Part shown: positions 37,387 through 47,018 of the stretch, piece after piece | Layout: each line of letters begins with the position of its first letter | How positions within the stretch are numbered: the first letter of the stretch is position 1 | Source: Candidatus Latescibacterota bacterium | GTDB taxonomy: Bacteria; Latescibacterota; UBA2968 | Reading direction: 5' to 3' | NCBI GenBank assembly: GCA_965222605.1 | Contig: OZ244960.1 | Span: 3,552,001 to 3,616,000 of the forward strand | Length of the DNA stretch: 64,000 nt | Position numbers and translations under genes: made by a program | Notes under the pieces: generated by a model | Told to the model about the DNA's origin: nothing | Databases searched by the model: none | The model's input: the letters and a program-made list of their open reading frames with translations, nothing else

Positions 37387-39808
37387 CTATTGATGATTCA
37401 TCGTTTTGCCGAAGCTCTCCACAAAGAGCAGAAAATCGCCAAACCCAATCTCGCCATTGACATTCAGATCGTATTTTATCTCATACTTCTCTTTATCATA
37501 CTGGGACCCAAACACATCGACAAAGAGCAAGAAGTCCGGAAAATCCACAACCCCATTGCCATTAAAATCAACAGAAAGGGGAATCGTTTGCTCGACAATG
37601 GCCGCGTCCGACATCTCGCTCCCGCCAGTGTCATCCGCCTCGCTGAAGAAAGAAACTGAATTATGGTTATGCTCTCCCTTCTGTGTAAAACCGTTGGCGC
37701 CGATTTTGCGAACCAGGACCGGGAGGGATATGCCCCTCGGTAACCCACCTCCCTCACTATAGTCATGAAGCATGTCAGTATAGCTATGATTGTGGGTGAA
37801 CCTGTGATAATGTTCGGTGTCTGTTAGTACACCACCTATTTCAACAGAATAACCATTAGTATGCGTATGATACAGTAGATGATTATGCCCATCCCTATGC
37901 TCCACCACATGACTGGAACCTTCTTCCCCGTTAACCCAAAAATGCACATGTCTTTCTCCTATGACATGATTGCCGTGCTCTCTAAACTGCTGTGCGTGGT
38001 TCGCGTGCTCATGCTCGCAGACAACCAGACCGGGACATTCCTCATTTGGGTTAGGTGAGACATGTCCATGCACGTAATGATGCGTATGCATATAGCCTTG
38101 CCCATCATCATGTTCAAAGCTATGATTATGGAGTATCCTGATCTGTGGATCAGCAGGATCATTGGCAAATAGGTCGTCAACTTCGTCAGAGGAGACAGCG
38201 GCCAGACGCCCTACGCCGTCGTGATTGTACATAACTGACCCGCCGTTGGGTTGGTTTTCTTCATGCCACATCCCCAAATGCCTCTGGCGAGCCTGCTCCA
38301 TCGTTTCGCCAGTATTGAGTGTAACCATGTGGCTATGATCCATTCTGTGCGTATGATCCACATAGTCATCATGACTATGAATCATTGTGTGCTCATGATG
38401 CGAAACCTCTTGCACCTGCACCGAAGAAGTCACGTCCGAAGAGGCAGCGCGCGTGATGGTCACAATGCAAGTCTGCGTGGTCACATCATCCTGCGCTGTC
38501 ACTTTTACCTTAATTATGTTGGTACCCACTACCAGATTCACCTGAAAACCTTCAGTGCTCTCATCCGCATCCGTCAGCGTGTTGTCGTTCTCGTCCAAAT
38601 ACACTAACGTAGCCGACCCATGATTTTTCGTCACCGTCACTGTAATCTGGGACACCTCATTCCCAACCGTCGCCGTATAGTTCGTCGTGCTCACCGAGAA
38701 AACCGGATTAAGTGTCCCCTCACTCAGGCTCAGACTACTCAGCATCACATCTGCGGAGCCGTTGCGCGTGACGGTGATAGTATAAGTTTGCGTGGTCACA
38801 CCATCCTGCGCCGTCACTTTCACTTTAATCGGGTTGGGACCCACTACCAGATTCACCTGAAGACCGGTAGTATTCCCATCCTCATCTGTCAGCGTGTTGT
38901 CGTTTACGTCCAGATACTCAATCGCAGCCGCCTCATTGTTGGTCTCCGCCGTCACTGTAATCTGAGATACCGCATTCCCCACCGTCGCCGTGTAGATCGT
39001 CGTGCCCGCTGAGAAAACTGGCGCGAGTGTCCCAGCACTCAGGCTCAGACCACTCAGCGTCGCGTCCGTGGAAACAGCGCGCGTGACGGTGATAGTATAA
39101 GTCTTTGCTTTATCCTCATTCTGCGACGTCACTTTCACCTTAATCTTGTTGGTGCCCGTCACCAGATTCACCTGAAAACCTTCAGTGTCCGCATCCGCAT
39201 CCGTCAGCGTGTTATTGCTCCCGTCGCGATACGCAATCGTGGCCGCCTCATGATTTTTCGTCGCCGTCACTGTAATCTGGGACACCGCATTCTCAACTGA
39301 CGCCGTATAGTCCGTCTCACTCGAATCGAAAACCGGATCAAGTTGTCCCCGCACTAATACTCAGACTACTCAGCGTCGCATCTGAGGAGCCGCGCGTGAT
39401 AATAATGTAGTAAGTCTGCGTCGTTGTCTCGTCCTGCGCCGTCACCTTCACAATGAGCGTGTTGCGGCCCGCCACCAGATTCATCTGAAAATCGTCAGTA
39501 TTCACATCCGCATCCGTCAGTTCGTTGCTGTTCCTGTCGAGATACGCAATCGTGGCCGACCCATTGTTGGTCGTCGCCGTCACTGTAATCTGGGACACCG
39601 CATACTCAACTGACGCTGAGTAGAATGTCGTGCTCGGAGCGAAGTCCCGATCAAATGTCCCCGGACTCAGGCTCAAACTACTCAGCGTCGCATCTGAGGA
39701 GAGGAGAGCCGCCGCTTCCGCGGTTTTGTGGCTCCCGAACAACGCGGCGAGCGCCAGCAGGCACACCACCGCGCGGCGGGTGTGAGCAAATAAAGGTCTG
39801 TTGTTCAT
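37387..39808 (-). pseudogene. Secreted protein with 4 cadherin-like beta-sandwich repeats, His-rich region and C-terminal dockerin-like domain; 1-bp frameshift near 39343
   Basis: SP MNNRPLF...LLALAALFG with AAGGAG SD; DATLSxLSLSxG repeats; gggacaacttgatccg versus paralogous repeat gggacacttaatccg shows one extra A. Confidence 0.75.
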
Positions 39809-40193
39809 GGTATAAAACTCCTTCGGGACAGGCTCTGTGCTGTCCCGAATATCCACCGCTGTCTAACCTTATCCCTCAAGAGCTATTGACGATCAATTCA
39901 CCGTTTTGCCGAAGCTCTCCACAAAGAGCAGAAAATCGGGGATCCCTATCTCGCCATTGACATCCAGATCGTATTTCTTCTCATACTTCTCTTCACCATC
40001 CCGAGACCCAAACACATCGACAAAGAGCAAAAAGTCGGGGATATCCACAACCCCATTGCCATTAAAATCAGCAGCAAGGGGAATCGCTTGCTCGACAATG
40101 CCCGCATCCACCTGCTCGGGATCCTCCGGGGAGGTCTCCGCATCGTTGTCGTTGTCGAGCGCGCCGGGGTCCGGCCCTGTGCGCGTCTCACCC

Positions 40194-40433
40194 TCATCGG
40201 CTGAATTCTCCACGACTGAGACGCGGGCAGTGCTCTCATCGGCTGAATTCTCCACGACTGAGACGCGGGCAGTGCCTTCATCGGCTGAATTCTCCACGAC
40301 TGAGACGCGGGCAGTGCCTTCATCGGCTGAATTCTCCACGACTGAGACGCGGGCAGTGCCTTCATCGGCTGGATTTTCCACGACTGAGACGCGGGCAGTG
40401 CCCTCATTGGCTGAATTCTCAGTATCTGAGACG
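40194..40433 (-). repeat. 42-bp tandem repeat, ~5.7 copies (ENSADEGTARVSVV)
   Basis: Units start at 40194, 40236, 40278, 40320, 40362, 40404; no spacers. Confidence 0.9.
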
Positions 40434-40487
40434 CCAACGGCCTGCAGCGAGCCCAGATTCCCACTGCCGCTTCCCGCCTCACTACTA

Positions 40488-41388
40488 ACCTTTGGTGCTA
40501 GTAGATAAGAAGTTGTAAGTCGCCAGAAGTTTACCTATGCTGAATGAGTTAGCACCTCATTCATTCACAGCAGGGAGGTAAACTTCATGACGACTGAAAT
40601 GCTGATCATTGACCTGTTCTGTCGGGTAGATGATCAAACGCAAGACCTTGAGAAACATCCTCAAGCCAAGCTCTATCCCAGCGAAGTCATCACGTTGGCC
40701 TTGCTTTTTGCGATTAAAGGGGTGGGCAATCGCGCCTATTATGATTGGCTGATAAACGATTGGCAGCACCTGTTTCCTAACTTACCTCATCGCACGCGCT
40801 TGTTTCGCCTCTTTTTAAGGCATCAACACGCCACAAGCCGATTTTTAGCCGAAAAGAGCGTGTTGGGCATCATTGATAGCTATGGCATTGAGTTGATTCA
40901 TCCGATCCGAGAAGGCAGAAGTCCTGCTCAGATCGGGAAGAAAGGCAAATCGAATTATCGCTGGATTGTCGGTGGCAAGCTCTGTCTGTTGATCAATCAA
41001 TGGGGTCTCATCGTGGATTGGGACTGTCAGACAGCTAATGTTCACGATACCACCTTCCACCATCTCATCAAGCAGGTGCAATCAGACATGGTCGTCTTTG
41101 CCGATGTCGGCTTTCAAAAAGCGCAAGACAACCCAGAAAACTTAAAAATCTGTCCGCGTGGCACTTGGAATGAGCGCATGGTGGTTGAAACCATCTTATC
41201 TATGATGACGCTCGTGTGGCATTTTAAGAAAGTCATGCATCGGGTCTGGAGCTATTTTGCAATGCGATTGGCTTTTACCATGGCCGCCTTCAATATCTTG
41301 GTACAATGGCAGGGCTTTAAACCCGATGAAGATGGGTTCATTAACCTTGCCATCGCACACTTCAGAATATAACACTAGCACCAAAGGT
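40488..41388 (+). mobile_element. IS982-like insertion sequence
   Basis: Perfect 15-bp IR acctttggtgctagt / actagcaccaaaggt; 5-bp TSD TACTA at 40483-40487 and 41389-41393. Confidence 0.88.
40587..41372 (+). CDS. DDE transposase (IS982-like)
   Basis: LYPSEVITL, IIDSYGIE, FADVGF, ERMVVET. Confidence 0.85.
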   Translation: MTTEMLIIDLFCRVDDQTQDLEKHPQAKLYPSEVITLALLFAIKGVGNRAYYDWLINDWQHLFPNLPHRTRLFRLFLRHQHATSRFLAEKSVLGIIDSYGIELIHPIREGRSPAQIGKKGKSNYRWIVGGKLCLLINQWGLIVDWDCQTANVHDTTFHHLIKQVQSDMVVFADVGFQKAQDNPENLKICPRGTWNERMVVETILSMMTLVWHFKKVMHRVWSYFAMRLAFTMAAFNILVQWQGFKPDEDGFINLAIAHFRI

Positions 41389-42357
41389 TACTATGGACAC
41401 GGCCACCACCGTCATCATACGGATCCCCATTACTATACTCAAAAGCCATATAAGGCGACAGGGACAGTGAAACCTCAAAAGGCTTACTTGAATGTCCCTC
41501 CCAACCATGGTCATGCGGTTCATTGCCATACAGATGCTTGTGATAGACGGTATGCGTATGGAAATCACGATTGGGACTATGAGCATGCTTATGCCACCTA
41601 CTATGAGAATGACGAGCAAGAGGCCGATCCTCAGGATCGCGAGCAGCAGGAGATCGCAGTGCAACACCCTGATGTGCATTTTGATCCTCATTGGAAGGAA
41701 AGGAGGATAAAGGAAGAGGTTGATCAGCACCTTTCATATGCTGATAATGGACAAGATTATGCTGATGACTCACATAATCATCATGAAAGTGTACAAGAGC
41801 ATGCATATGGAACCATGGATGAGTATGCGAAACGTTTGGTGGTCGAGGCTGCTCAACAACCGTGTGTGGCTCACTATCGTCTATAACATGACCGCCATGT
41901 GCAAAAACATCCAAAATCATAAAAAACAACGCTGCCATCGTTATAAAGTATCTCATTTTTCCCTCCAGGTGGTTTGTAGTAATCGCCAGCAGAGTCATCC
42001 CGATCAGCGTCACCAAAATCAAAAAAATTTTCAGCGTTTCATTGTTTTGCCCTCCTGTTTTCTGGAACGGTTAAGAAATACATTTGTAACCACGTTTGGT
42101 GCGAGACATACTGAAGCGGTCAGCGGTCAACAAAACCTGTTCAGATACACATACGTTTGTAATTGCAAATCCAAAAATGTAATGTGTCACTTCAAAACGG
42201 CCTATCAGTAAATTTGAAGGTCATACCTTATGCAGTTATACATACGCTTGTATTCATACAAAAATAAAAAATAAAAGTCAACAGGAGAATTAGCAAAAAT
42301 TAAGAGATTGTTTCATTGCCCTAATTTTAATGAAAAGTTTTGACTTCCAAATAGATC

Positions 42358-42394
42358 GCGGCAGTGGAAAAAACGCTGGATTTGTCCGAATGGA
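42358..42394 (+). repeat. 37-bp direct repeat, right boundary of surface-protein island
   Basis: gcggcagtggaaaaaacgctggatttgtccgaatgga. Confidence 0.8.
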
Positions 42395-42404
42395 CTTGTG
42401 TTTT

Positions 42405-43268
42405 TTATATTATCGGAACACCAGCGCGGGTGGCGATGGCGCGGGTGTTTGCAGCAGCTTCGGGTATGAGGTCGGGTTTGAGGTGTTCGATGAGGCCGTA
42501 GTTATTGGGGTGGTAGTTCTGGAAATGCCGGAAGCAGTGGGCGAGGTCGAGTTCGCCATTGCCGGGTACGGTTTCGTCGAGGTGGATGACAAGTCCTTTG
42601 CCGATTGAGATATCTTTGATGTGCATGACCGGGGAATAAGCACCCATTTCAGAAAAGATGTGATTTAGGCGGTCAGTGCTATCATAGACCTGGCTCAGGG
42701 TTTCAAAGTGGTTGACGTAGTCCATTACGAGGCGCAGGTTGGGCGATCCGACGCTTTCGACCATTTGGCGGCAGGTTTCCGGGTTTTTGAGGATGGAGAC
42801 AAGGTGGGTTTCCATGACGACTGTGACGCCGTATTGTTCGAGGGTGGGGGTGATTTTTCGCAGGGTTTCGATGAGGCGGTCCCATGCTTCTGGCGTGTGG
42901 TTGCGGCGATGGGGCGTCCAGCTTCCGGCGGGATTGCGGCTGCCCGGGCGCAGGAGGTAGGCTTGTGCAGATAGGCCCGCGGCGATTTCTGCGCCTTTTT
43001 TTATTTTTCGGATGATTGCGTTTCGGATTTCTGGGTCGGGGTCAAAGAGGCACTCGGGGTATGTGATGGAGAATTGTGCGAGGTCCAGGTTATGTTCGGC
43101 AAAAAGTGTGCGGCACCGGTCCGTGTCGGCGGTTGTGATTTCTTCGCATAGTTCTGCGGGGAAGTGAAAGGCTCCGCCGGTGAATCCGAGGTTTTGGATG
43201 GTCTGAAGATGTGGCGATTCTATGGTGCGAAAATCCCTGGGCAAAAGGCCTACAACACCTGAGCGCAT
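42405..43268 (-). CDS. Sugar phosphate isomerase/epimerase
   Basis: VMETH, LVMDYVN, MHIKD, PGNGELD, LIEH. Confidence 0.8.
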   Translation of the reverse strand: MRSGVVGLLPRDFRTIESPHLQTIQNLGFTGGAFHFPAELCEEITTADTDRCRTLFAEHNLDLAQFSITYPECLFDPDPEIRNAIIRKIKKGAEIAAGLSAQAYLLRPGSRNPAGSWTPHRRNHTPEAWDRLIETLRKITPTLEQYGVTVVMETHLVSILKNPETCRQMVESVGSPNLRLVMDYVNHFETLSQVYDSTDRLNHIFSEMGAYSPVMHIKDISIGKGLVIHLDETVPGNGELDLAHCFRHFQNYHPNNYGLIEHLKPDLIPEAAANTRAIATRAGVPII

Positions 43269-43279
43269 GGTCTGGTCTC

Positions 43280-44014
43280 CTATCGCGTGAAGATGCTGCC
43301 GCGAAGATAATCGGCTTCGTCAGATACAAGGAAGGACAGTATTTTGCCCACGCCTTCGGGGTCGCCGAGTCCGGCTGCCATTTTTGAGACATCGCGTCCT
43401 GCGGCGTCGGCTTGTTTTTGTACAACGCGCATTTTGAGCGGTGTTTCAATTCCGCCTGGGCATACGCCGTGGACGCGGATGTTGCGATTGCCCAGTTGGG
43501 CTGCCAGGACGAGAGAGAGGCCGTGGACGCCGCCTTTGCTGGAGCCGTAAGCGACGGATGAGCTTCCACCTTTGACGCCCGCGCCAGAGGCGATGAGTAC
43601 GATGACGCCTTTGTCGGCTTTTTCCATTAATGGTACGGTGTATTTTGAGGCGAGAAAACTGCCTTTCAAATTGATGTCTATGACTCTGTCCCAGGTGAAT
43701 TCATCAAATTCATCGACGGGAACGAGTGCGCCTTCGAGGATGCCGGCGGCGTTGATTAATCCATCGATGTGCCCGAAGGTGTTGCCGATGTTTTCAAAGA
43801 GCGCGCGTACCTGATTCTCTTCTTTTATGTCTGCGTGAAATCCCGTTGCATTCCCACCCGCGTTTTCGATTTCTCGAACTGTGCGTTCCACTCCCGCTCC
43901 GTCCAGATCCACTACGGCTACACGCGCGCCTTCTCGGGCACAGCATCGCGCTGCCGCCTGTCCTATGCCCGATGCACCGCCTGTTACGACGATGTTTTTG
44001 TTTTGTAATCTCAT
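43280..44014 (-). CDS. SDR family oxidoreductase
   Basis: VTGGASGIG, NAAG, YGSSKGG, VCPGGIET. Confidence 0.9.
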   Translation of the reverse strand: MRLQNKNIVVTGGASGIGQAAARCCAREGARVAVVDLDGAGVERTVREIENAGGNATGFHADIKEENQVRALFENIGNTFGHIDGLINAAGILEGALVPVDEFDEFTWDRVIDINLKGSFLASKYTVPLMEKADKGVIVLIASGAGVKGGSSSVAYGSSKGGVHGLSLVLAAQLGNRNIRVHGVCPGGIETPLKMRVVQKQADAAGRDVSKMAAGLGDPEGVGKILSFLVSDEADYLRGSIFTR

Positions 44015-44037
44015 GGGTTCTCCTTTTTCAAAGACCA

Positions 44038-44541
44038 TTAAGGCTCATGGTCACCAGTCTCCACGCGATAGACTTCCATGCCTCGTGATTCGTAATTTTG
44101 CAGTGCATATGGATGGTCAAGGGTGCAGGTATGCACCCATACTCTTTTTGTTTTTCCCCATTCCCAGGCCGATTTTATCGCATGAGACAAGAAGTAACCC
44201 CCAAAGCCCTGTCCGATGAATTTGGGAGCCAAACCGAAATTGACGATTTCGACATTGCCACCATCTTGCTGTTGAAGTTCGCAGTATCCTGCAGGCGAGC
44301 CTTTGTAATGCGCAAACCATGTTCTCAGATTGTCGTTTTCTACGTGTGCTCTCCATTGTTCATCTGGCCATGAGAGCTTATTTGTCCACTCCCAGGGTCC
44401 GCCTACAAGTTGATAGAAGAATCTGTTAACTTGAAATTGTTTGATTTCACATTCATGTACATTCAGTCCGTTCGATTCCGTTTTTTCTTTTAGCGAAGAA
44501 GGCGATTTCATTTCGAGATAATATGTGGTGACTGTGTTCAT
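44038..44541 (-). CDS. GNAT family N-acetyltransferase
   Basis: FGLAPKFIGQGFGG, VWVHTCTLDHPYALQNY. Confidence 0.85.
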   Translation of the reverse strand: MNTVTTYYLEMKSPSSLKEKTESNGLNVHECEIKQFQVNRFFYQLVGGPWEWTNKLSWPDEQWRAHVENDNLRTWFAHYKGSPAGYCELQQQDGGNVEIVNFGLAPKFIGQGFGGYFLSHAIKSAWEWGKTKRVWVHTCTLDHPYALQNYESRGMEVYRVETGDHEP

Positions 44542-44606
44542 TGGCTTTTCCGTCCAAATGGGATAGAGATAAATGAGGGGTGTGCAGTGTCATCGCAGTA
44601 TGGCGT

Positions 44607-44634
44607 TGTAGGGGACGGTCCCCGTGCCGTCCCG
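44607..44634 (+). repeat. GTAG-type REP element
   Basis: gtaggggacggtccccgtgccgtccc. Confidence 0.55.
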
Positions 44635-44739
44635 TTCGTCATCTATCCATGTTGTAGATTGCAAAAATACATGCGATATTGAGGATAAACAACCTCTTTC
44701 GGATGCCGCTATTTTGGCGGTGTCATTCAGGAGGCTACT

Positions 44740-45501
44740 ATGGGCAGTATTCTGAAATTTCTGCGTGTGCTCATTGGGATGGGGTTGCTCGTTGGTTGCG
44801 GGGATGATTATCCCGTTCAGCCAGAATCAGCGGGCGAGTTGATTGAGGAGATGGTGCAAGTTCCGGCGGGCGAATTTGTGATGGGTACCAATGTGTTTGG
44901 GCGGGATGAAGGTCCCGCGCATGTGGTGTTTTTAGATGCTTTCTGGATTGATCGTTTTGAGGTGGTCAATGTAGATTACAGGTTATTTGTTGCGACGACA
45001 GGGCACGATCCTTCGGCCTGTGCCGATTCCGTGGGGTTTAATGCTGCACGGCAACCGGTCGTTGGTGTGACCTGGTTTGATGCACAGGATTTTTGCGTGT
45101 GGGCAGGCAAGCGGTTGTGTTCCGAGGCGGAGTGGGAAAAGGCCGCGGGTGGCGATGGGCGTATCTATCCCTGGGGCAATGAGGATCCCGATCCGACGCG
45201 GTTGAATTTTAATGGGCATGTGGGCAAGCCCGCGACTGTGGGTAGTTTTCCCGAGGGTATGAGTCCTTTTGAGGTGTCGGATTTGTCGGGCAATGTGTGG
45301 GAGTGGGTGGCGGATTGGTATCGCGTGGAGTATTATCGCAATAGTCCGCGGGAAAATCCCCAGGGACCAGAGAGTGGGGGTTTGCGCGTGATGCGCGGTG
45401 GCAGTTGGGTAAATGGCGCACCAGCCGTGCGGGTGCAAGAGCGCGGCCGGCTCAATCCCATATGGCAGGGCAAGGAAATTGGGTTCCGCTGTTGTCGGTG
45501 A
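44740..45501 (+). CDS. Formylglycine-generating enzyme (SUMF1) family lipoprotein
   Basis: Lipobox LVGC; PAGEFVMG, SEAEWEKAA, GNVWEW, RGGSW, GFRC. Confidence 0.85.
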   Translation: MGSILKFLRVLIGMGLLVGCGDDYPVQPESAGELIEEMVQVPAGEFVMGTNVFGRDEGPAHVVFLDAFWIDRFEVVNVDYRLFVATTGHDPSACADSVGFNAARQPVVGVTWFDAQDFCVWAGKRLCSEAEWEKAAGGDGRIYPWGNEDPDPTRLNFNGHVGKPATVGSFPEGMSPFEVSDLSGNVWEWVADWYRVEYYRNSPRENPQGPESGGLRVMRGGSWVNGAPAVRVQERGRLNPIWQGKEIGFRCCR

Positions 45502-45606
45502 TGCAATAGGGTTGCTTCGTATCTCTCGTTGAAAGAGGCGAGTTTTTAGCCTATTGCCAAGATTTTTGGTATTATGTATTATTCGGTTACGAATAGGAGC
45601 TTTATC

Positions 45607-45843
45607 ATGAGTACGCTGAGTATTCGATTGCCGGACTCACTACATAAACGGATCAAGCAAATGGCGGAAGCGGAGGGGATTTCTATGAATCAGTTTATCA
45701 CCCTGGCAGTTGCGGAGAAGATGTCGGCTCTGGCGACGGTTGAGTATCTGAAAGAGCGTGCTAAGCGAGGTAGCCGCCAGAAGTTTGAAGCTGTTTTGGC
45801 AAATGTGCCAGATGTAGAGCCGGAAGAATATGACAAATTATAG
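45607..45843 (+). CDS. RHH/HicB-like antitoxin (orphan)
   Basis: MSTLSIRLPDSLH...EGISMNQFITLAVAEK. Confidence 0.75.
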   Translation: MSTLSIRLPDSLHKRIKQMAEAEGISMNQFITLAVAEKMSALATVEYLKERAKRGSRQKFEAVLANVPDVEPEEYDKL

Positions 45844-45881
45844 CCCAGTAGCACAATGAGGCTGTGTGTGAGGTATATGTA

Positions 45882-46088
45882 ATGAAAAAAGAATACGACT
45901 TTTCAAAATCAGTCAAGAATCCCTATGCAAAACATCTTGCGAGGCAGGTTACGCTTCGTTTGGGGACGGATGTGATTGCATATTTTAAGGATTTGGCGGA
46001 TGAAACGGGTATTCCATACCAGAGTTTGATCAATCTGTATCTCCGGGATTGCGTCCAGACTAAAAAAAAGCTCAAGTGGGCGTCATGA
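45882..46088 (+). CDS. BrnA-family antitoxin (orphan)
   Basis: MKKEYDFSKSVKNPY...GIPYQSLINLYLRDC. Confidence 0.8.
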   Translation: MKKEYDFSKSVKNPYAKHLARQVTLRLGTDVIAYFKDLADETGIPYQSLINLYLRDCVQTKKKLKWAS

Positions 46089-46116
46089 TCTAAGAGACAG
46101 TCTTACTTCAATACAC

Positions 46117-46150
46117 AAGGGCTTGCGAGATCGAATCGCAAGCCCTTTTT
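46117..46150 (+). terminator. Intrinsic terminator
   Basis: aagggcttgcga-gatcgaa-tcgcaagccctt plus T-tract. Confidence 0.75.
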
Positions 46151-46302
46151 CTTACACGCTGTATAAGAAATCTGATCTGTCTCTGAGAAGGTGATATAAA
46201 ATCGACGAAATAATTGCACGGATCAAAACATCTACGTTATCTCCGATTGTGTTGAGATAGGATCTGATTCCCAGTATTTGATGTCGTAGTTCAAAAAAAA
46301 TA

Positions 46303-46623
46303 TCAAATCAAAGCCACGTCAATAGTTTCCTCTGTTTTGTGGCCTAATTTCGAACGCACTCGGATTTCGATATGGTGATCCAGTTTTCCCAACAGAGAGA
46401 ACAGACAATCGATGGTAAAACCCTTTAATCGGCCGTTTCTCAGTTCCGTCATTTTGGATCGACTTATTCCCAAAAAATCCGCAGCTTTCTTTTGACTTAT
46501 TCCCTGATCGGTGATCAAGCGGTTGATCTTATATGCCAGTTTCGCTTTTGCCAATCTTTCATCGGAGGAAGGAAGCCCCAAATCCTTAAAAACGTTTCCC
46601 GAACTACAGGTATAGTCTGCCAT
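46303..46623 (-). CDS. XRE-family HTH antitoxin/regulator (HigA-like)
   Basis: SSGNVFKDLG, SQKKAADFLGIS, GRLKGFTID. Confidence 0.8.
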   Translation of the reverse strand: MADYTCSSGNVFKDLGLPSSDERLAKAKLAYKINRLITDQGISQKKAADFLGISRSKMTELRNGRLKGFTIDCLFSLLGKLDHHIEIRVRSKLGHKTEETIDVALI

Positions 46624-46696
46624 GATTTATTTTCCTTGCGCCAACTCTTGCGCGCGCTCATCCCGACCCCTGTGCTTAAACCCCTTTTATCTAAAT

Positions 46697-46963
46697 TCAA
46701 GTTGTGGCTTGGCAAAGGTCCGTGAAGTGTTCTACGGGAATCTGAACCTCCTTGCTCGCTTTTTGACCCTGGACATAGAGTTCATTGAATCGCTTTTCAA
46801 TATCCCGCAATACATGACCTTCAAGATATTGCTCGCCGCAATACGCACACTTGAGACATGGCACATCATCCACAATAAGAAATTTGCCATCGTACCGATA
46901 AATGTATTGCGTTTGGCGAGGCTGGAGTTCTTTATGACCACAGAAAGCACATCCTGTTTTCAT
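46697..46963 (-). CDS. YgiT-type zinc finger (MqsA-like antitoxin domain)
   Basis: CAFCG...DVPCLKCAYCGEQY. Confidence 0.8.
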   Translation of the reverse strand: MKTGCAFCGHKELQPRQTQYIYRYDGKFLIVDDVPCLKCAYCGEQYLEGHVLRDIEKRFNELYVQGQKASKEVQIPVEHFTDLCQATT

Positions 46964-47018
46964 TCTGAACCTCGTTCATAAGGGGTTGTGAATTTTGGTA
47001 TTGAGTGCCCGCGCAAAC

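Larger units (their letters stand above)
39893..41956 (-). pseudogene. Secreted His-rich protein with 14-aa repeats and C-terminal dockerin-like domain, interrupted by an IS982-like element
   Basis: Removing the IS and one TSD restores the frame: ...DDGGGRVHS-SEAGSGSGNLG...ENSADEGTARVSVV...DFNGNGVVDIPDF; GGAGGG SD before MRYFITMAALFF. Confidence 0.82.

Noticed and set aside
39338-39340. TGA as a fourth Sec codon
   Set aside because: Homology continues in another frame; explained by a 1-bp insertion
40194-40433. 42-bp repeats as a CRISPR array
   Set aside because: Head-to-tail with no spacers, length a multiple of 3, and inside a reading frame
41257-41886. 209-aa plus-strand ORF
   Set aside because: Antisense shadow of the His-rich gene that starts inside the IS
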